Source: Leucoraja erinacea (lineage: Eukaryota). Taken from it: a DNA stretch of 64,000 nucleotides. The translations under genes were made by a program, and so were the position numbers. Where the stretch lies: positions 7,254,001-7,318,000 of the forward strand of contig NC_073409.1 in assembly GCF_028641065.1 (NCBI RefSeq), in the 5' to 3' direction. This document shows positions 38,351-48,060 of the stretch, in pieces; the stretch's first letter is position 1; the number at the start of each line of letters is the position of its first letter. The notes under the pieces were generated by a model. It had not been told where the DNA came from. It did no database searches and was given only the letters and a program-made list of their open reading frames with translations.

Positions 38351-41170
38351 CATAGAAACATAGAAACATAGAAATTAGGTGCAGGAGTAGGCCATTCGGC
38401 CCTTCGAGCCTGCACCGCCATTCAATATGATCATGGCTGATCATCCAACTCAGTATCCTGTACCTGCCTTCTCTCCATACCCCCTGATCCCCTTAGCCAC
38501 AAGGGCCACATCTAACTCCCTCTTAAATATAGCCAATGAACTGGCCTCAACTACCCTCTGTGGCAGAGAGTTCCAGAGATTCACCACTCTCTGTGTGAAA
38601 AAAGTTCTTCTCATCTCGGTTTTAAAGGATTTCCCCCCCTTATCCTTAAGCTGTGACCTGGACTTCCTTAACATCGGGAACAATCTTCCTGCATCTAGCC
38701 TGTCCAACCCCTTAAGAATTTTGTAAGTTTCTATAAGATCCCCTCTCAATTTCCTAAATTCTAGAGAGTATAAACCAAGTCTATCCAGTCTTTCTTCATA
38801 AGACAGTCCTGACATCCCAGGAATCAGTCTGGTGAACCGTCTCTGCACTCCCTCTATGGCAATAATGTCCTTCCTCAGATTTGGAGACCAAAACTGTACG
38901 CAATACTCCAGGTGTGGTCTCACCAAGACCCTGTACAACTGCAGTAGAACCTCCCTGCTCCTATACTCAAATCCTTTTGCAATGAAAGCTAACATACCAT
39001 TCACTTTCTTTACTGCCTGCTGCACCTGCATGCCTACCTTCAATGACTGGTGTACCATGACACCCAGGTCTCGCTGCATCTCCCCCTTTCCCAATCGGCC
39101 ACCATTTAGATAATAGTCTGCTTTCCCCCGTTTTTGCCACCAAAATGGATAACCTCACATTTATCCACATTATACTGCATCTGCCAAACATTTGCCCACT
39201 CACCCAGCCTATCCAAGTCACCTTGCAGTCTCCTAGCATCCTCCTCACAGCTAACACTGCCCCCCAGCTTAGTGTCATCCGCAAACTTGGAGATATTGCC
39301 TTCAATTCCCTCATCCAGATCATTAATATATACTGTAAATAGCTGGGGTCCCAGCACTGAGCCTTGCGGTACCCCACTAGTCACTGCCTGCCATTGTGAA
39401 AAGGACCCGTTTACTCCTACTCTTTGCTTCCTGTTTGCCAGCCAGTTCTCTATCCACATCAATACTGAACCCCCAATGCCTTGTGCTTTAAGTTTGTATA
39501 GTAATCTCTTATGTGGGACCTTGTCGAAAGCCTTCTGGAAGTCCAGATACACCACATCCACTGGTTCTCCCCTATCCACGCTACTAGTTACATCCTCGAA
39601 AAATTCTATAAGATTCGTCAGACATGATTTACCTTTCGTAAATCCATGCTGACTTTGTCCAATGATTTCACCACTTTCCAAATGTGCTACTATCCCATCT
39701 TTAATAACTGACTCTAGCAGTTTCCCCACTACCGATGTTAGACTAACTGGTCTGTAATTCTCCATTTTCTCTCTCCCTCCCTTCTTAAAAAGTGGGGTTA
39801 CGTTTGCTACCCGCCAATCTTCAGGAACTACTCCAGAATCTAAAGAGTTTTGAAAGATTATTACTAATAGATCCACTATTTCTGGAGCTACTTCCTTAAG
39901 TACTCTGGGATGCAGCCTATCTGGCCCTGGGGATTTATCGGCCTTTAATCCATTCAATTTACCCAACACCACTTCCCGGCTAACCTGGATTTCACTCAAT
40001 TCCTCCAACTCCTTTGACCCGCGGTCCCCTGCTATTTCCGGCAAATTATTTATGTCTTCCTTAGTGAAGACGGAACCAAAGTAGTTATTCAATTGGTCCG
40101 CCATATCCTTGTTCCCCATGATCAACTCGCCTGTTTCTGACTGCAAGGGACCTACATTTGTTTTAACTAATCTCTTTCTTTTCACATATCTGTTTGCAGT
40201 CAGTTTTTATGTTCCCTGCCAGCTTTCTTTCATAATCTATTTTCCCTTTCCTAATTAAGCCCTTTGTCCTCCTCTGCTGGTCTTTGAATTTCTCCCAGTC
40301 CTCCGGTATGCTGCTTTTTCTGGCTAATTTGTACGCATCATCCTTCGCTTTGATACTATCCCTGATTTCCCTTGTTATCCATGGATGTACTACCTTCCCT
40401 GATTTATTCTTTTGCCAAACTGGTATGAACAATTTTTGTAGTTCATCCATGCAGCCTTTAAATGTCTTCCATTGCATATCCACCGTCAACCCTTTTAGAA
40501 TTAATTGCCAGTCAATCTTGGCCAATTCACGTCTCACACCCTCAAAGTTACCTTTCTTTAAGTTCAGAACCATTGTTTCTGAATTAACAATGTCACTCTC
40601 CATCCTAATGAAGAACTCAACCATATTATGGTCACTCTTGCCCAAGGGGGCACGTACAACAAGATTGCTAACTAACCCTTCCTCATTACTCAATACCCAG
40701 TCTAAAATAGCCTGCTCTCTCGTTGGTTCCTCTACATGTTGATTTAGATAACTATCCCGCATACATTCCAAGAAATCCTCTTCCTCAGCACCCCTGCCAA
40801 TTTGATTCACCCAATCTATATGTAGATTGAAGTCACCCATTATAACTGTTTTGCCTTTGTCGCACGCATTTCTAATTTCCTGTTTGATACCATCTCCAAC
40901 TTCACTACTACTGTTAGGTGGCCTGTACACAACACCCACCAGCGTTTTCTGCCCCTTAGTGTTTCGCAGCTCTACCCATACCGATTCCACATCCTCCAAA
41001 CTAATGTCCTTCCTTTCCATTGCATTAATCCCCTCTCTAATCAGTAACGCTACCCCACCTCCTTTTCCTTTCTGTCTATCCCTCCTGAATATTGAATATC
41101 CCTGGATGTTCAGCTCCCAGCCTTGGTCACCCTGGAGCCATGTCTCCGTGATCCCAACTATATCATAGTC
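38351..41170 (-). mobile_element. 5'-truncated CR1-clade LINE (HER1-like): APE endonuclease and RT, frameshifted
   Basis: ORF fragments 40163-41020 (VVYRPP, MGDFN, SDH), 39106-40185 (YLDFQKAFD, GVPQGSVLGP, KFADD) and 38450-39094; (CATAGAAA)n 3' tail at 38351. Sense orientation within SLC51B intron 1. Confidence 0.95.
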
Positions 41171-41572
41171 AAATTACTTACTAGTGCCTACTGGTGGTGA
41201 GAGGAGGTATTGAGGGGGGAGGCAGAATTAACTGTTGAGCCTTACCAAGGTGATGTGGGCCTAACTCAATGAAACACCAGTGAAGGGAGATGGTAACACC
41301 AATGATATACTGACATCTACACACCCAGTTTTTGTTGACCCATAGTTTAGATTTGTAAAGGCATTTTAGATTCTCACGTGGTATTGGGATTGGGTTTCTT
41401 GGTTAAACATTTAGCTTGTGTGTTTGTTAACATGTAGCTAGCTTGTTACTGAATACAAAGTTAGTTAAGGTCCTATTGCATTATTATGTATAGGTAGTTT
41501 AGATATTACTTTGGCATTGGGCTTGGTTGAGCGCTTATCCTGGTGTTGCTACACACCTACTTTGTAACTAAC

Positions 41573-41700
41573 TGGGTTTGCCCATGGTTTCTGATGTTAC
41601 ATGTGTCTTGTCTTTGCAATTAAAGGAGATACCAGAAGTCATGCATTAACATTTTATATTTGCACAGCCTCAAAGCAACAACATGGTCTGTTGTGAACCA
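41573..41700 (-). pseudogene. Diverged duplicate of the SLC51B stalk-exon 5' end and its upstream intron
   Basis: 41573-41700 aligns by eye with ~38176-38300; the peptide DKTHVTSETMGKP compares with GKTHMTSATISKP; the acceptor gcaaag| at 41611 is retained. Confidence 0.7.
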
Positions 41701-43206
41701 GTTAAATCCTGGAGTGCTGCCCTGAGTAACCTCATGTATCCGAGTTAGAAGGTTAGGTGTTCCAGTTCCGCTCCAGAAACTGAGCGCAAAACTCTAAGTT
41801 GACAGTCACGGCAGCAGAGGGCATATAGGGCTGTCCTGTCAGAGTTGACATGTCCACAAGAGAAGTTAACCATCCAGGTTGTCCCTCTCCAGGTAAAATC
41901 CTGGAAGGGAAGCAAGGGAGTTGACTTTGGTGTCTGACCTATTGATAGAGTTGATTGATAGAGTTATGCGCATGGAAACAGGCCCATCTGGTCAAGATGC
42001 CTCTGTATACTAAGGTACACAAAAATGCTGGAGAAACTCAGCGGGTGCAGCAGCATCGATGGAGCGAAGGAAATAGGCAACGTTTCGGGCCGAAACCCTT
42101 CTTCAGACCTCTGTATACTAATCCCATTGGCCTCAAAATCTTGCCTATCACTGAAATATATGGTCCTCATTACACATGGGTCTTTATGTTAACAAATTGC
42201 TGGGGAACGTTAGATGAGACCAAGATGGTCAATAACGTACTGATGTCCTTGGTCCAAACACACACTTTAAAAACAGTCAATGGGAAAAGACCCAAGAAGG
42301 TAGTTTGAATTTGCCATCACCTTCAAACTGAGCTTGAATTGAGCTTGTGGCACCCAGGGCTTCCTCACTGTTCTGGAAGTGAGGAGATGGAACAGTTCTA
42401 TTCGCACTTGACTTGCTTATGATTGCGGCAGCGAATCAATAATTTAAACCAAGAATAAGCACATTGGGTTGTTCCTGGCACCATTTATGTCCTTCAGAGA
42501 GTCTGATGAATCCTATGAAATAATTCAAATTTACCTTCTGCTCTTTGCCAATATATATTTGTTTTGAGGCTTTTAGCTTCTCAAATATCTTCTTTTAAGT
42601 TTGGTGAGGGGATCTGCTTATAGAAGTTGTTCATGGTCATAAGTGATCGGAGCTGAATTAGGCCATTTGGCCCATCAAGTCTACTCCGCCATTCAATAAT
42701 GGCTGATCTATCTCTCTCTCCTAACCCCATTCACCTGCCTTCTCCCCATAACCCCTGTCAATTGTACTAATCAAGAATCTATCTATCTCCTCCTTAAAAA
42801 TATCCATTGACTTGGCCTCTTGTTGAGTTGGAAAATATGAAGCAACAACTTTCAAAAGGTTACAATCTGATCACATTTAGCACGGTGCAAGGTCAACTCC
42901 ACATCCTGCACCAATCATGATCATTTGATTCAGTTTTCGACCAGTGTAACTAAAACTGCAGGCTGTGCCGCGAATCGCACTTGATTAAACAAAAAATGCC
43001 CAGACGTAGTCTTCCGATCAGGCATCATCTGTGAGAGGGAAGTGCTCTGAAGATTAGTCACCATCCTGCAAGGTTAACTGTGTTTCCCTCTGCACAAATG
43101 CTACCTGAACTCCCAATTGTTTCCACTTCTGATCTCCACAATTCATTTTCCTGAAGGATTTGAGTTCCTGCTCCTCCCATATCCATCTCTGATTTCTCCT
43201 TCTTAC

Positions 43207-43471
43207 ACCGAAGTTGCTCCTCGCAGATGTTGGTGTCATTTGCCGACCTCCATCTGGATTTTTTCCTCTTTTCTCTGGTAATCGACACCGCGGGCCCGTC
43301 ACTGGTCAGGAACCGAGACGTCTCCACGTGGACCAGATTGCGGTCCCTGCAAACCCACGCGAGGTTGGTCCCGTTTTCACAAACTGCGGTCATAACAAGG
43401 AAGGTCCCATCTGCCGAGAGGCATGGCTTGGTCCCTCGATTGTAGAGCTGGGTTCCTTTTCACGACCATTC
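43207..43471 (-). pseudogene. Cryptic or pseudo-exon in SLC51B intron 1 encoding a ricin-B/CysR-like lectin domain, 1 nt out of frame
   Basis: cttcag|GA ATG GTC GTG AAA [A] GGA ACC CAG CTC TAC AAT...CTT CGG T|gtaaga; 265 nt, or 264 nt (phase 1-1) if one A is removed. The Cys/Trp pattern resembles the mannose-receptor CysR domain. Confidence 0.6.
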
Positions 43472-43822
43472 CTGAAGTGGTGAGTCAGGGTTGCATGTCT
43501 CTGCTAACACACGGCTGTCTCTCACAGAGGCCACTAAACATTGACCCTTAATGCTCTTCATCACAAAAACGTCGACTCCTGCACACATTCAGAGAAAACG
43601 CAGCAAGTTGCAATCTTTACTTTAGACTTTCAAGGTTTCAAGGGCAGTTTATTGTCACATGTGGCAATTAATGTACAGTGATATTTGAGTGGCCATACAG
43701 CCATACTAAGTGAAAAGCAACAAGACACACAACCACATATAAGTTAACATAAACATCCATCACAGTGGATTCCACATTCCTCACTGTGGTGGAAGGCAAT
43801 AAAGTTCAATCTTCTTCCCCTT

Positions 43823-44103
43823 AGAGGTACAGGATGGAAGCAGGCCCTTCGGCCCACCGGGTCTGCGCTGACCATACGTACACTAACACTATCCTACACA
43901 CGAGGGACAATTTACAATTTTACCGAAGCCAATTAACCTACAAACCTGCACGTCTTTGAAATATGGGAGGAAACCAGAGCACCCAGAGAAAACCCACATG
44001 GTCACAGGGAGAACGTGCAAACTCCGTGCAGACAGCACCCATAGTCAGGATCGAACCCGGGTCTCTGGCACTGTGAGGTAGCAACTCTCCCACTGCGCCA
44101 CCA
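43823..44103 (-). mobile_element. V-SINE (HE1-like)
   Basis: Complete head-core-tail copy on the minus strand, with B box GGTTCGATCC. Confidence 0.75.
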
Positions 44104-44236
44104 TTTTAAACAATTTATTTTGGCCAATTGACAAAGCAAAATTCTGTGGGATTCAGTGCCTGCGTGTAATCTTCACAGAGAGTGGAGGGCTTGAACATTT
44201 ACACGGGTCAGGCTGTGACGCATCCGATCGACAGCT

Positions 44237-44930
44237 TCGTGGAAGTACAAGTGACGTTACACATTACACCAGGAAAACTGGAATGGCATTTAGCTTGAAT
44301 TATTTTTATATCTTCCAAGGGTTTTCTAGAGCAACACAGGCAAGGGTCTGATCTGTGGTGAATCCGCGATATTTCAGCCATGATTACAAGTAATGCAAGG
44401 GGTCTGTGACGAAAGGTAAGTGACAAAAATGCTGGAGTAACTCAGCGTGTCGGGCAGCAATCTACACCCTTCATCTGACCCAAAACATCACCTATTCCTC
44501 AGACTATCCTTGATCAGACTTGGCTGGCGTAAACTTGCACTAAACATAATTCCTTTATCATGTATCTATATTCTGTAAATGGGTCGATTGTAATCCTGCA
44601 TCGTCTTTCTGCTGACTGGATTGCAAGCAACAAAAGCTTTTCACTGTACCTCGGTACACGTGACAATAAACTAAACTGAACTGATTCCTTTTCTCCAGAG
44701 ATGCTGCCTGACCCGCTGAGTTACTCCAGCATTTTGTGTTTATCTTCTGTGTAAACCAGCATCTGCAATCCCTTCCTACACACAGTGACAAGGGGAGGTT
44801 CTTTGGCAGAGCCCGTGGAAGTGTCGACAAATCTGCCAGTGCGGATATGTGGTTCTGAGTGCCTGTCCCACTGAGCTATCCTCAGCCCATTTTCCTGGTG
44901 CAATGTGTAACGTCACTTGTACTTCCACGA
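44237..44930. mobile_element. Probable DNA-transposon/MITE relic with ~44-bp inverted repeats
   Basis: TCGTGGAAGTACAAGTGACGTTACACATTACACCAGGAAAACTGG (44237-44281) is near-perfectly inverted at 44887-44930; other repeats are nested inside. Confidence 0.5.
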
Positions 44931-45489
44931 GCATCAACTTTTCGCTGATCGGGGAATGAAAGAAAGAAAATATTTTTTATAAAGCATGTTTTTAACTGAA
45001 AGAATTGAAAGAACAGAAATACAATGAACTATAAAGCAAGAGTGTTTGCAGTGGAGTTTCATCATTGTTTGTGACAGTTCCAAAGGCAAACTGCTATCAC
45101 AGCGACGCCCACATCATTACTCCAGCGGTTACTGAACTCGCTTATCTCACAGTGGGTTATCCTGTGATTTTTGTTCCCTTAATGAGCAGCAGTTCCCGGC
45201 ATTAACTAATGTTTAATTCAGGATCAAGGTCTGAAGTGACAGCAATATTCATTCAACCCAATTCCTCATTACCAAAGGAGCTAATCTCACACTCAGGTTA
45301 CAGTATGGAGAGGCGAGCATCAAGAATGTTTAATTGTCATTTGTATTGGAACAAAACAATTATTTGCTGCAGCTTTAGCTGCCTAATATTGCAAAGACAC
45401 AACAAGTAATTGGCCAATAATCTATAATGCAATAAATGAATAATCAGTGATACTAGGTAACTATAATATTGCAAAACTGAAATATGCAA

Positions 45490-46300
45490 TACCAATGGTA
45501 GACTGGCCAATGTCTACCATTTTCTGTGACCTCCTTCATTCTTGGGCATTCGAGTTACCGAACCAGGTCACGATGCAACCAGTCAGTGTGGTTCCTACTG
45601 AACACCTGATTGAGGAGATCCCGTGTGTCGTCACGGTGGAGGCGTTGATGAGCTTTCTTTGTGATTGCGTCAATGAGCTGGGCCCAATGCAGACCTTCAG
45701 AGATGGGCACACCCAGGAATTTGTTGACTCTCCACCACTGTCCCATCGATGAGGACAGGTTCATAAGGACCTTGTCCTTCCCTTCCTGATGTCAACAATC
45801 AGCTCCTTGTTCTTGGTAATGTTGACAGGAAGATCGTTGTTCTGACATCATTCAATCTGATCTTCAATCTCCCTTCTGTACGCTGACTCATTGGTACCCG
45901 CTACTTGTCCAACAATGGTGGTATTGTTGGTGAGTTTAAATGTGGCATCAAAGCTACACAATCCATGGGGACAGAGAGAGTAGGCCAGGGCATGACTCAC
46001 ACAAACCTCGGGTAATCCTGTGCTCACGGTTATCAAGGAGGAAGTGTTGTTGCCAATTTGTGCTGCTGGTAAGGAAGTTAAGGATTCAATTACATAGGTA
46101 TGAGCAGAGACCCAGATCTTTGCGTTTTGTAAGTTTGGAGAGAATGATAGCTATAATCAGTGAACACCAGCCTGATGTACTTGTTCTTATTGTCCAAGTG
46201 GTCCAGCGCATTGTGGAGAGCCAAAGAGACTGCATGTTGATCTTGATGTTGTTAGGTGAACTGTAGTAGTCCAGACCCTTGCTAAGGCAAGGGGGTTGAC
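45490..46300 (-). mobile_element. Degenerate Rex1/Babar- or L2-type LINE RT fragment
   Basis: Remnants KLTNNTTIVGQVAGTNESAYRREIE and FLGVPISEGLHWAQLIDAITKKAHQRL. A related fragment at ~54565-54900 reads YHPVALTSIIKRF...DTLQFA. Confidence 0.7.
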
Positions 46301-47635
46301 AAAGGCTGATGAAAGAAATTCCAGCCTGCTACAAGGTTTATACACTTAATCTAGGCAGGTTCAGTATTTTATATGGATTCTCTACAAAGGCAGGATAAAG
46401 AAAACACTCCCAGCCAAGTTTTGGCAACAGTGAGAAACTTCTGTGGGAGTGTCTGCTGTAATTGAGATGCATCTGTTGACCAACTGAGCCAGTGGTCCCG
46501 ATATTATAAACCAAAATGAAGCCAACAGAGATTGGGCACAAAGTGTTGCAGTAACTCAGCAGGTCAGGCAGCATCTCTGGAGAACATGGATAGTTGACGT
46601 TTTAGGTTGAGAACCTTCTTCAGACCGAAGAAGGGTCTCGACCCGAAACGCCACCTATCTATGCTCTCCAGTAATGCTGCCTGACCTGCTGAGTTACTGC
46701 GGCACTTGTGTCCTTTTGCGTATTAACCAGCAACTGCAGTTCTTTGCTTCTACAGCAACAGACATTTGTGAGCACAGTGATTGAGAATTGACTCATTACA
46801 GATGGCTCACCTGACTCTGATTGGGAAAACAAGTTAATGATTTGTGATTTTCGAAGAAGACATTTTGGTTCATGGTTCTCTCAGGTGAAAGTTTATATAT
46901 TAAAGGGACTAAACTTGCAAAGATAAATAGTTTTGGGATCCTTGTGTAAAGAGTGAAAAGCAGAATTAATTGGAAGGTTCTTCCAAAGGTGGAGCCAGTG
47001 GATCTCATTATCTGAAACCAAAAGGGTTGGAGAGGGTCCAGAGGAGGTTTACGAGAAATATCCCAGGAATGATTAGTTTAACATATGGGGAGCGTTTGCA
47101 GGCACTGGGCCTGTGTTTGCTGGAGTTTAGAAGGATGAGGAGGGACCTTACTGACATTTACCGAATAGTGAAAGGTCTGGATAGAGTGGATGTGTGGAGA
47201 GGATGTTTCCACTAGTTGGAGAGTCTAGGATCAGAGGCCATAGCCTCAGAATAAAAGGATGTACCTTTAGAAAGGCAATGAGAAGGAATTTTGGGTCAGT
47301 GGGTGGTGAATCTGTGGGACGTAGATTGACAGATCTTTGATTAGCATGGGTGTCAGAGGTGATGGGGGAAGGCAGGAGAATGGGATTGAGACAATAGATA
47401 GCCACGAGTAGACGATGGGCTGAACAGCCTAATCCTTCTCATGTCATTTATGAACATGACAATTTCATCTGTGTAACACTGATTCATGAAAACCATATCT
47501 ATAACTCGTAGAATATCTCCGCCCTGTACTCATGGCCTCTGTGCCAGTGAGCAACTATAAGGATGAATCCCTCTATGGGATAGATGTTGTTGAATGTTTG
47601 TACTGTCTCCCTCTCACACACTTAGCAATCATTAC

Positions 47636-47693
47636 CTTGCAACAGCAGACACAGGATGAAGCAACCAAAGAGGTATTTCAACAAACCGCTCAT
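47636..47693 (-). CDS. SLC51B: SLC51B first coding exon (signal-peptide-like N-terminus)
   Basis: ATG at 47693; MSGLLKYLFGCFILCLLLQ(G) with donor CAA G|gtaat; acceptor ccctgcag| starts the exon at 47746. The four exons total 549 nt = 182 aa, the recalled length of skate Ost-beta. Confidence 0.9.
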
Positions 47694-47779
47694 GTCTGGT
47701 TTTCCAGTTGGAGGTGTGCGTCCGTGAGCTCCAAGATAAACAAGACCTGCAGGGAAAGATGATCTCAATCACAATTCCA

Positions 47780-48060
47780 GCGGTAGAGTTGATTCCCCAT
47801 AGCGCCAAACACCCGGGTTCGATCATGACCACGGGTGTTTGTCTGCACGGAGTGTGTATGTCCTCCCTGTGACCTGCATGGGATTTCTCCGTGAACTTTG
47901 GTTTCCTCCCACCCTCCAAAAACATACAGCTTTGTAGGTTAACTGGTTTCAGTAAAATTGTAAATTGTCCCTAGTGTTTAGTGCACGAGGATTACTGGTC
48001 GATGCAGACTTGGAGGGTTGAAGGGCCTGTTTCCGCACTGTATCTCTAAACTAAACTAAA
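47780..48060 (+). mobile_element. V-SINE (HE1-like)
   Basis: CCGGGTTCGATC head, V-core and CTAAACTAAACTAAA tail. Confidence 0.75.
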
